Shown here piece after piece: positions 39,762 to 50,955 of a DNA stretch of 64,000 bases. This stretch comes from Auanema rhodensis (taxonomy: Eukaryota; Animalia; Nematoda). How positions within the stretch are numbered: the stretch's first letter is position 1; each line of letters begins with the position of its first letter. The notes under the pieces are model-generated. The model did no database searches. It was not told the DNA's origin and was given only the letters and a program-made list of their open reading frames with translations. Made by a program: the position numbers and the translations under genes. Where the stretch lies: the NCBI GenBank assembly GCA_964057225.1, contig OZ059894.1, positions 9,858,001-9,922,000 on the forward strand, in the 5' to 3' direction.

Positions 39762-40120
39762 TTTGTGAGAGGCCTTAAAAAATGAATTCAGTAAAAAACT
39801 AAAAAATATGAACAGAATTGATATACCTATTGAGAAAATAAAATAATTTCTGGTAAAAATTATTCACAGCATATCATCTGAAGAAAAACTCCTGAAAGAA
39901 CTGATAAAAAGATATTTAGAAATGATGAAACAAGGAGCAAATAACACATGGATCGCGTAAGACCAGTGAAAGATAACGATATAAAGGTGAAAAAAAATAA
40001 TTTATACACTCTATATTACATAGTCCCGCATTTACAAAATGAATAACTTACAGATATGCAAAACCCAAAAAAATACCCGTTTATTCAGGCTAAGGCTAGC
40101 AAAAGTATTATTAAATGTGC

Positions 40121-41619
40121 CTAATCAAGCTCTAACTCTATCTGTCCATCTGGAAGGCGAATCATCTCGTTCGATGTAACCTAAATTATTGTGAAATAAC
40201 AATGAGTCAATAAAACATAGGATCAAAGTCCAACCTCTATTTCAGCTTCAATCCAATCACTTTCGGCAGGCATCATCTCCTGTTCTTCCAAAATTGGAGG
40301 CATATCATCGAGACTATCTTCAATAACCTAAAGATACAAACAATAGTAATGTATTTCATAATGAATTATACTTCATGGATAACTCGTCTAGAGATTTGGG
40401 GAGGATTTATTTTGAGAGGTTGTTTCATAAAGTCCGGCTTTTCCTGCTCATCTAATAGAACCCTACCACGAACTATTCTATCATTCGTATAAATAACGGC
40501 TTTTTGTCTACTAAGTAAAACTTGCTTCTTCGATGACGCATAACCTAATCCTAGAAGAAATAACATAGCTAATATAAATATGGAAACAAGAAATACCATA
40601 TTCGTCATTTATGAGGTAACGTTTCAAATAATCATCAGGACACGAGTAAGGTAAATAATCCGATGGTCCTATTCATAAAAATATAATAAAAACAATCGAT
40701 TATTAAGATATTTACCTGCAAATGTTTCATATACTTCATGTTTAGCTAAATGTTCCCTAAAATGGCGAAAACTTTTTGATGAAAAGGTACATAATACATA
40801 TGGACATCCAAATGTAGCGGAATGGCCATAATGCCTAGATCTGAGAAAAAACAAGACTGATTTAGCACTTAAATATGCTTGCTTACTGCACATGTTGCTG
40901 ATAACTAGCAGGCTCCATATATGATTGTGGGCAATACGGACACCTATATCCCCAATCCTTTCGGTTAGTATGATTTCGAAGCACATGCCGACGTAACGTC
41001 ATTTGACTAGCTGAAAAAAATTGTATGGGGAATTACGAAATGCAACCAATATTCTGGTTTCAAATAATAAAAATGAAGAGAGAATTTACGTGAAAACATA
41101 AGAATTGTTTTTTATTTTGACGTGGAAGTACAAAATACAAATGAAAAAACAAAAAACATGATGGATTCTTACCCGCAGCATATTCACAGTGCTCGCATTG
41201 AAACGGTCGACTATCGTTATGTATATTCATATGCTCTTTATAAGATCTTTTAGAAGATAAACTTTTACGACATATTCTAAAAGAAAAGAAAATACTCGAG
41301 TATATGAAATATGTACTTACTGGCAAAGCCACCGCTGTAGAGGCGGCAGGCCATCTCTCGGCACTGTAGTATATACAGGTGCCTGTTTAACAGATGAAAC
41401 AATTTGTCTAATAACTGGCCTACGATGAGGAGCAGACACACTAGGTCCAGGATATGCTACATACACCCGATTCTGAAGATACTGAATGATGAAAGAAAAA
41501 AAATAACTGCTAACCCCAGGAACATCGGGCTTCATGTCCGTTGAGGAAGGTTTAGCACGCTCTGGGTTAGCATAGTTTTTATCATCTTTACTCAAATAAA
41601 TAAGTTTCATACTACGCAT
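40121..41619 (-). CDS. Multi-C2H2 zinc-finger protein (possible slr-2 orthologue by synteny with par-4)
   Basis: Four fingers: CQICRKSLSSKRSYKEHMNIH, FQCEHCEYAAASQMTLRRHVLRNH, YRCPYCPQSYMEPASYQQHVQSRH, FGCPYVLCTFSSKSFRHFREHLAKH; acidic tail ...GQIELELD*; AATAAA on the minus strand at 40080-40085. The slr-2 link rests only on my recollection that it neighbours par-4 in C. elegans. Confidence 0.88.
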
Positions 41620-41788
41620 AGTTCCTAGAATAATATTTATGAAAGTATAATAAGAAAAGTCAAAAAACAAATTAGCATAATTAAAAATACTTAAAATTAC
41701 AAAAAAAAAAGCCGAACGATGCAGGCAAAATGACGCGTAAACAGAATACACAGAGCTCAAAAGAGCGCTCCAGTAGGAAGAGATAGAC

Positions 41789-43153
41789 TAGTGATGGCCA
41801 ACTTTAGTGTGAGAAGGGCAGGTGACCATTGGTAATCCGTCAAATGGGGAGAAGGTTTTTGATTACTAGGAAAAATTTTTACGAAATTTGATTTTGGAGA
41901 TTCCGGAGAACACATTTTTGCTGCGGGGTTGGGGAAGATGAAACTTTTACTGCATCAGAATTCCGAATCTTGCTCTATGATGGTAAAGCTGTCACTATTG
42001 CTTTTATGACTGCTCTGGCTGTATTATGAACCGATATGTGAGTCTTTGTATATTTGTCCAGATGCCCTACCATGAAACGCGAAATGGCTCTTCAACTACG
42101 AATGGGTATCGCATATCCAGCTTATTCTAGATCTTGTTTTCTAAAATAAACCTCTAATTCTTTAGTTTTCCCTTTTTGCCCTGTTAGTCTCTCGGCTTTG
42201 GATTCTTTCCAGCATTTGTTGAAGTATTTTTCTATTATTCGTTTCATCAACTTGATACATTACGTATAATAAACCAGTAACTGTCTAAAGATACCTCTTC
42301 TCTTTGATGTTTGCGCTTGGCGACATCAACTAACTTCTCTCCTACTCCTCGCATTCTGCACAAAATTTCTTTTATTTTCTCATCTTACCAACCTGTCCAC
42401 CGTTTTTTTAGCTCTTTAACTCTTTAACGAATCAATCCCAATTTTATAAAAAATAAATCTGAAAACTATACCGACAGATTACATATGATAATCATGCTTC
42501 ATATCATTTGCAGCATTTTTGTTCTTAATTCCCAAGAGGATATCCATCTATGGGTCATCCAAATTGCACACATTTCTTTCGCATATTCCACACATCACGA
42601 TATTTCTTCAACTGTCAACGAACTCTCTGCATCCTTCATATCTCAAGCCGCAAAAGCTCGTTTAAGACATGCTTAGATCTCTTTTTGACGCTCGATTACT
42701 TCCTCATTTAGTTTTAGAAGGTCGATAAATTTTTCTTGATGCACTATTTTCAAGTTATTGTTGTGACCTCCGGTGTGTTAAAAGACTTCTCACAGCTTAA
42801 GTATTGCATACTCTACTTGTGTATTCATCTTTTTGGTTTTTTTACTACGTGAAACAGCATGCACAAGGCAGAGTAGTCTATTCAGACTAGAAAGATTCTC
42901 CTCCTATCTTTCCGAAAGCAGTTGGTCGCTCATCTACTGGCTCAGGAAGCGTTTTATTTTGCTCTCTGATGCTACACATACACACACACACCTATCCCAC
43001 ATATAATTCTCAATTTTTCATATTTCCTGTTCTTTGGTAGATCAAACATATGTTCATTCATACACACGAAATGTACTATTATGGTCCAAGTTTTGTTTGA
43101 AGTTGCACGACAGTTTACAGCTTTCATTGCACCATGGCAAAAGCGTCATCACT
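41789..43153 (-). mobile_element. Possible decayed hAT-like DNA transposon remnant
   Basis: Starts TAGTGATGGCC (hAT-like terminus), weak inverted match GTCATCACTG at ~43144-43153; minus strand has intron-less, stop-riddled coding-like text (..NLKIVHQEKFIDLLKLNEEVIERQKEI.., DGYPL, KRYL*TVTG). No 8-bp target-site duplication found. Confidence 0.3.
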
Positions 43154-44119
43154 GCTAGTTATTACACAAAATCCGTTACTTATTGATTGCCGGATAAATT
43201 GTTCTGTACCCAAGCCATATTTCAAAAAAACGTCTTTACTCATTCTTTTACTATTAAATCACATTCCAAGCTCTGCTACGCTATCTCTCTCGTTTAACTT
43301 CCAAACCATATTCTCTTTATGATCTTGTAAATTGATGTCCTTTATCCCTTTTTATTCCCAGAGAAAGACTTCGCCATAAAGAAAAAGCCTTTAAAACTTT
43401 GTATCAGAGTTATATCGATGTCTCCATAGGTTTAAACCAAAGGTTGAACCTAAACTTTTTGTTTGCACTTTCTAGAACAGATGTCTGCCTCACCGTATGA
43501 AAAGGAGGGTTTCTGTGATTTTTTTCATTCTTTTTTTTAAAGCTATTTAACATCTCAATTTCTTTTCGCTCAAAAACATACTAATTCTCGAAAGATTTTT
43601 TAATCTTCAAGTAGATCCTCTGCTCAAAATAGCCTAATTTTGCAATATATCAAATCTCCGAAGCGTAGATATCTAATTTACTCGATCCTTATATTTTCAA
43701 TTACCTTCTTTCGAGACATAACTGTTAAATGAAAGACCAATAATATGTTTTTTCAAATCAATCTTATTTCTTAACTCCTCATTTGTTCATTATAACATTT
43801 GACAGCCTTATATGCAACCGATTAACTCTTTTAATATTTTCAAAATGATGCCCAGCTTACGTGAGCGACGTCAAAACATTAATAGCTCGCGTGCGAGATC
43901 GTATTATAGTGAATAGCTTTTCAAGATCTTGCTTTTAATAAAAATGTTATTCATTCGTGCCAAAAGTCAGTATACTTCTATGCAACTAATTAAATATCCT
44001 ATACAATCAGCTTTAGCCTTTGCCTCTAGTTCCTTTTGAGGACTTTTTTTTCAGATCAATTAAACCAACCCGGTGACTATAATCTTCATAGTGGATTTTT
44101 ACATAAATCCTTCTGAATT

Positions 44120-44436
44120 ATGCAAGAAGAAGAATTCAACTGTATCCTAGTGGTATTTTCCACGGTAGTAGTTATTGCTGCTTTGCTACTCCTATTATTC
44201 GGCTTTTGCAAATACAAGATCTCCAAGAAGAGAAGCAATAATAGACTTCAGATTCCTCACGTGAAAATCACAAAGTAAGCATGGAAACCATTAACACACT
44301 TAATACTTTTCTCTTCAGAGCACCTCCACTTTCACTCGACTCTCCCGATATCGACTTCATAGATTCAAAGAATACCAATCTCGTGTCATCAACTGTTAGA
44401 GTGTCTTCCGTGCATGATACCCACCCCAATGTATGA
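44120..44436 (+). CDS. 90-aa single-pass membrane microprotein (two exons)
   Basis: tttttcag acceptor at ~44054; exons 44120-44274 and 44319-44436, 44-nt gtaagc...ttcag intron; [89 protein letters not shown]; AATAAA at 44439-44444. Confidence 0.72.
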
Positions 44437-44485
44437 ACAATAAAGATTCTTATAACAATATTCATATGCAACAAAAACAATGGTT

Positions 44486-45446
44486 TTAAACGGCTTCCTC
44501 CTTGGTGACCTTGACTGGCTTTCCTCCACGAATTCTTCCGGTTCTTCTGGCGGCGATGAGACCGACCTGTATTGTTGCATTTAAAAAACATAACAAAAAG
44601 AATATTTCTTACCTTCTTACCAGCACTGGCGTCTCTTCTGACAGTAGATGGATGACCAATATGTTGATGGTTACCTCCTCCGTGTGGATGTTCTACGGGG
44701 TTCATAGCAACACCACGAACGCGTGGCCAGCTGTTACGCTTAGCCTTATACTTATGGTAAGCACGTCCAGCCTTAAGAAGAGGCTTGTCGGTACGTCCTC
44801 CTCCAGCAACAAGACCTAAAATTATAAAGTTATATAATGTGCATATTGAATTTACAAACCAATCATGGCTCTGTTGGCGGATTGAACAACCTTCTTGGCA
44901 CCAGATGGAAGACGAATACGGGTCTTTCTGGTATCGGGGTTGTGGGCGATAACGGTAGCGTAGTTACCTGTAACAATATCGATTAGCAAACTTTTTAACT
45001 AAAACAAATACCTGAAGCCTTGGCAAGCTTTCCACGATCTCCGCTCTTTCCTTCGACGTTGCAGATGGTGGTACCTTCAGGGAGAGCTCCGACTGGGACG
45101 ATGTTTCCGACTTGGATGGCGGCTTAAAACAAAAATTAACAAATGCACTATTCAAAGAAAGCTTACCCTTGGATCCACAGTAGATGAACTGTCCGGTGTA
45201 CATTCCTTCGGCAGCAACGATGGTGCTCTTTACGGTCTTGTACTTGTAAGGATCACGGAAAGCAACGATAGCGAGTGGAGCACCACGTCCGGGGTCATGG
45301 ATGATCTCCTTGACGACTCCCTTGATGTATCCTTCACGCTCAGCAAAGTCGAGAGGTCTCAATTTAGCAGCTCCCTTTCTGTGCTTGTTGTGGGACTTGA
45401 AAATTCCACCAGCTCCTTTACGCTGGACTCTGATCCGGCGACCCAT
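44486..45446 (-). CDS. rpl-2: 60S ribosomal protein uL2 (L8/L2)
   Basis: [16 protein letters not shown]..., [37 protein letters not shown], ends KVTKEEAV*; strong codon bias. Confidence 0.98.
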
Positions 45447-46165
45447 TGTTTGGAACCCTAACAAAAGAAAAATAAAAATTCAAAGTAAAACATACAGAAA
45501 TTTGATAAATAAGATCAAAACATATTTAAACCATGTAAAATTGAGGGTAACAAAACCGAAATACTTAAATCAAAATCTCAATACTTTCTAATTAAGTAAA
45601 AGACAAATTAAAATAAGTAAACAGTAAAAGATGATAAATGCACCACGTAGTTCTTACAAAAGAATTGAACATTTTTAGGCCGTTGTCATTTGAAGGAACC
45701 CCCTCTTTTCACAGTCCTAATGTTTAAACGTAGGATACTCAGCGTTCACAAAACGCGACGCGCACTATCGACGGAGCAGGCATATTGTCAATAGAGCGCG
45801 CTATCAAGTTCTTGTATTTATACAGTGATCACTGTATTACAGTATCTATAAAGACAATTGAATGAAGAGTATGAGATTCATGTAACATGTACCAAACCAA
45901 AACTTTTAAAAGTTAAAGCGTGTTACAGGTTACATCTGTTTGAAATTATGCATGCTGGTGGGGATCGATACTGGCAAGCATTTAGAGAAGCATGCTGCCA
46001 AACAAAATGTCCAAGGGCTATATTGTGCCTCGTATCTTTCTTAAACTTTGCATTTCCTAAAAGTTATCAAAGCATAATATTTATTTTAATTTAAATTATT
46101 CCTATCTCGTTGTAATTTTACTTTCTCACTTATAACCGAAAACTATTTTGCGCTTTAGGTGAACC

Positions 46166-46939
46166 ATGGATAAGGACGATTTTGTGCCGTCCGATGCACA
46201 AATGACTTCAATAGTTTTACCTACGATTGTTTTTTGTATTGGGATGGTTGTCGCTATGTTAGTAGGTATTAATAAGTGTAAGCAATGGGATCTCGATCGT
46301 ATTGTTGAAATGCGTAGAACCAGACGTGTTGTACAAAGAATCACAGCACGATTAAGAGAAAAGAATTTTAAAACTATCCAAAGTAAGTTTATTTTTAAGA
46401 AATATATATTTTTCTTTTTTCTCTCAGAGGCTAGAAATGTGCGAAAACGAGCAGCAGCCGCTGCGAAAGCTGAGGCGGTGAAACAGGGGATGAGTGAGGC
46501 ATCACCTCCCTTGTACTCATCACAACAGTAAGTTGGAAAATTTTTTTCGCGTCATACGAAATGTTTCGTCAGCGCAAAAGCACCAACGTAATTTCCATTT
46601 TTTACGTAATTCTTCGATTTAGATGTGGAACATCTCCCCCACCCTCATATGAAGACGCTTTATTAGATGAGTATTACTACGAATGTCATCCATCTAACAA
46701 CAGGTCAGATTGAAAAAATATTGCCGTGAACTTAATGTTGTGTTTAAGCGTTGATAACAGTTTTTTTTTTCAGATCACTGTCAACAGCCTCTCGACGGTC
46801 ATCTAATCAGTCACGATCCTCTAAACGAAGCAACAAGACAACCATTCGTCGAACTAGTAGGGCAAACTCTAATCTTACATCAGCTCATTCCAATTCGAGT
46901 AGTAATAATACTAATAATATTGACATTTTGCCAGTTTAA
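46166..46939 (+). CDS. Single-pass membrane protein with PPxY motifs and Ser/Arg/Asn-rich tail
   Basis: tttag acceptor before ATG; TM IVLPTIVFCIGMVVAMLVGI; four exons in phase carrying SPPLYS and SPPPSYEDAL; ends IDILPV*. Confidence 0.75.
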
Positions 46940-47036
46940 TTCTGGATTTTTAAGTTTCCATATCTCATTTCTTAAGATCTTTCATTTTTCGAAAATCGGG
47001 AGTGTGCCATGTAAATTATTTTTATTAACACAGAAT

Positions 47037-49255
47037 TTAAAAAATTCCTGGTAGAATCTTGAACGGAACTTTGTTTGTGTACTGAAGCCAGTATTGTCCA
47101 TATTTCGCAAGACATCTGGATTCATCGTTGACTAGTCGTACTAATAAATAACCTGTAAATAGAAACTTTAAATACCTGTTGCTCGCTGGTTTGTATTATA
47201 AAATAGTATCTAATATACTTCAAAATAATATAACATAGTTTTTTTTTTTAATTTATATCAAACTTCATATTTTCTTAAATAAAATTTTTTTCCAACGAAC
47301 CCGTAATATAAACAAATGGAAAATAAGATAGCATTGAGGATTCTCCTTGAAACAACACAAAAGATAAGAATGTTATAATCTCAGTCACATAGTTGGGATG
47401 ACGACAGTATGACCAAAAACCGCTGCCTGGAAGTGATTTATTTTCATTTAGTTTTTTTTCTTTTTATACAACAAATGTTCTTAAGTTTTCTCAGATATTT
47501 CAACGAGAAATTAAACTAATTGACTAACCTAAGAGCAAATTGGCTGCGGTTTCTCCAGTTTCCGTCTTATACTTTGCTGTAATAAAAAAAGCGTCGACTC
47601 CTTTTATTTTCAAAGCTCCTTTAGAAGTGCTGGAATAATATATCAGTAACACAATATTAAACTTTTTTTTGTTTAAAAATTGATAAAGCACAACCGGTCT
47701 ACTGCACAAACAATTTAAAATGATTATTTAAAAATGAATTGCGGCTGGACGCGTGTATTAACTTAGATTCCCACACAAACAAAAACTTACCGAAATTCAA
47801 ATTTCTGTCGATCAATCATTACTGTAAGGATAATTGATAAAATTCCGACTGTAGCAAAAATAGAACATGTTAGAAGTGATAAATTGTGTGCTGAGTGAAC
47901 TGCGATAACAATTGGAGAAGAATAAATCAATGGATTGAAAACCTAAAAAAATAGAAATAAAATCAAAGAGCATTATGTTGAATATTCTTACTAGATCCGA
48001 CCAGAGCCGGAAGAATCCGCATCGGGATCTACGTTCATCCAAGAAATTCATTGCCAAATCCTCATTCCAATGATATTTAGCTATATAGAGAAGCTGAGTG
48101 ATAGCAAGGCCCAATAAAGCTTCTAAAAAATTAAAAATTTTAAAAATAAAAAAAAGAGTGGAGTGTTGTACTTGAAATACGGCCTCTAGAAGAATGTTGA
48201 TAAAATAAAGCGGATATTATAAATAACGGCCATATAGCATAGGTTATACGAGATCTAGTGAAATACTTAATGTCAATGTCGAGAATCATAGGATGTACTT
48301 CAATTCCAAAATATAATTCTTGGAATGTAGTTACTGAAAATTTCGAATTTGCATCGAAAGCGCTTGTTGAGCTGAAAAACTTACTACTACAAGTATCACC
48401 TAACTGATAGGCAATGTAAATGATTGTTATCGTGATGATGGCAAGAATGGCAAATATGAGAATTATTGAATTGAAACGTAAAAATAGAATATCTCCTCTA
48501 TAAAAGCCTAAAAGGCTCCCCATAACATACAACAAGCATAGCAAGATAAATGATGAAAATCCATTCACATTACGCTGATATTCTCCTGAAAAAATAGTGA
48601 AAAGCTAGGTGCCAAAGAAGAAAAAGAAAGAAGATATCAATATTAAACTTTTCAAACAAACAGCATCATTGAGCTAGAAAGCATTCATGCTCAATCAAGC
48701 AAGAGAAAAAAAGGTTTTAAAATGAAACTCTAAGATTATAAACTAATATTGAGAACGAAATACAAGATAAAAAGGTATGAAACAAGATGGCTTACCACTG
48801 AATGATGTAATCTTCACAACGTCATGAGGCAAAAAAGAGTGGAAAAGTAATTGCCATGACAAGAAAACAACTACAATCTTCCATGCTACTATATCGGTTA
48901 GTGGAGGAAATATTTGTAAAATGAAAGGCCAACGTGTCAGCAAAGCTTTGATAGTCTTAACATTCATTTTAAATTCAAAAATTGTTAAAAACGACTTACT
49001 AAACTTAGCCTTCCTTGATGTAAATGAATAGAATATAAATAAATAAAAGATAATAATGGAATTAATAGAAGCAATAACGCCACGACATTGTTTGATATTC
49101 GTTGTTGTTTCTGAAAACATATTTATAAATTTGGAATTGAGGCCACGAGGTACTTGTAATGCAGCTTGTATTGCTTGTATATCTTTTGCTGACACACTGC
49201 TCCTTCGAAGACTTGTAGTTGATCCGAAACTTGTTCTTCGTGATATTCTCTGCAT
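47037..49255 (-). CDS. dhcr-7: ERG4/ERG24-family sterol reductase (DHCR7/LBR-like)
   Basis: Arg/Ser-rich N-terminus MQRISRRTSFGSTTSLRRSSVS; multi-TM; ELYFGIEVHP..DIKYF..SRI, LLLGSGFWSYCRHPNYVTE, RLVNDESRCLAKYGQYWLQYTNKVPFKILPGIF*. Confidence 0.85.
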
Positions 49256-50410
49256 GTTACAACCAAAATCTAGGAAAATGATGAGAATGAAGACGTTGAA
49301 TTGATCGCACTGCTGTGGTTCAGCTGAGGAAAATGGATAGGAAGCAGAAATGCGAAATAAAAATCTGAAAAAAGCATTAGGAGTTATTCTGTTTCCTGTG
49401 GAGCTAAGAGAAAAATAAGGAAAGCAAATAAATCCTGAAAAGTCACAGGTTAAAACACTGAGAAATAAAAATAAAAAACTTCAAATAATCCACGAGACGT
49501 CAATGTGTGAAAATACATAATGAAATTCATGTTATTAAAGAATTTTCATTTGTCCGCTCGATGCTGGTGAATCTAATGTCAACGAAAGATATGAAATTTG
49601 CTCGTTCATACGAGTCAGGCTTCGAATTTGCTCTTGAAAACACCGCTTTCAGCCAACAAAAACAAAACAAAAATAGTTTGACGAAGCTGCACTTGTTTAA
49701 ACTTGAAATGAAAATAATTTGCGGAACATCAAAAATGAAAGTATAAACTCTTGAAAAAGAGGAAAAAAGGTCAAAGAAAATAGATATTGGCCTTGCTAAA
49801 GGTTCAAGTTTCTAGGTATTGAGGGATTTTCTACTATCTGTCAACACTTTAACAGCACGCTGATTAGACCATTGTGACAAGATCCTCGCTTTAACAGAAG
49901 CCGTGCTGAAAACTTCAGCTTTACTCGCCGGCTATACTATAGCACAAGCAGTAATTCGGTGACGAAAAACAAAGTTTCATGATGTAGTAGTACTTTTCAC
50001 TAGACCTAAGATGTGATATAGTACTGATTATGAATATGAGCACTTTGTATTGCTTAAACTTATTCCGACGGCTCATTTTTCATCAGAAGATATAGAGACG
50101 GAAGAATATGAAACATAAATAACTGATGTAGGACTGAATTTCATACATCTGTTCCAAATTATGATGATGCCAGAGGTATTGTGTAAGGCAGAAACGATCG
50201 AAGCTCGAGAAAACGAAAAGGTATTATCTATGAAAAGGAGAAAAAAACTAGGAAATGATGTTGCTCTCAGTCGTGTTCCTAGACTGAATCGAGTAGAACA
50301 AGCCAAGAGATAACTGAAAATTGGAGAACGTAGCACAACTAAGCCCGATAATGTGCTTTCTACTGATGCTGTGTGAGATCATCAAGCGGCATTGGTTTTG
50401 ATCGTTGTAC

Positions 50411-50868
50411 TCAATTAGATGATAAGCTTGAAAACAACAAATAGATTTCATGAATAACGCCAAATGAAATGATTGTAATAGAAAGAACACACATTGTGCC
50501 ACAAAGAGCGCTAAGAGCTCTCCAGTTACAATGGATCCTAAACTTCTTTGAGCGTGAGCTCCAATCTGTTGTTGCCGCATCAATCCCTCCCCCTGGACTC
50601 TTCTTTCTCTTCAGCTTACCCTGAATATGTGTGTTGTGCATAAGCGTGAAAAGATCGAGAGAGATAAAGAGAGAGAGGGAGAGAGAAAGACAGGATGAGA
50701 AAATCTGTCCAGTATTAGAGCATGCTGGACATAACGAGCTAGCAGTTGTTTTAAAAGAAAACGACGAGCAAAAGAGAGAGAGAAGAAGCTGCTATCTTGA
50801 CATAACATTACTAGCAGGGAGTTGATTTCCAGCTGAGCATACTTCAAGTGATTAGATGCCGAACGCAT
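50411..50868 (-). CDS. Possible small protein with C-terminal TM helix
   Basis: Exons 50868-50812 and 50620-50411 join in phase 0 (CTA|gtaatg...attcag|GGT): MRSASNHLKYAQLEINSLL-GKLKRKK...WRALSALCGTMCVLSITIISFGVIHEIYLLFSSLSSN*. No homology recognised. Confidence 0.3.
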
Positions 50869-50955
50869 GATGAAGATTTTAAAGACAAAATTTATATATA
50901 TATATATATACTAAAATCAAATATTAGTACAGAGAATGACACAAAAAGACAAGTT

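Noticed and set aside
45520-45560. GGTTTTGTTACCC on the minus strand resembling a spliced-leader sequence
   Set aside because: Wrong leader length and 3' end, no SL RNA stem-loops; lies in the rpl-2 upstream region.
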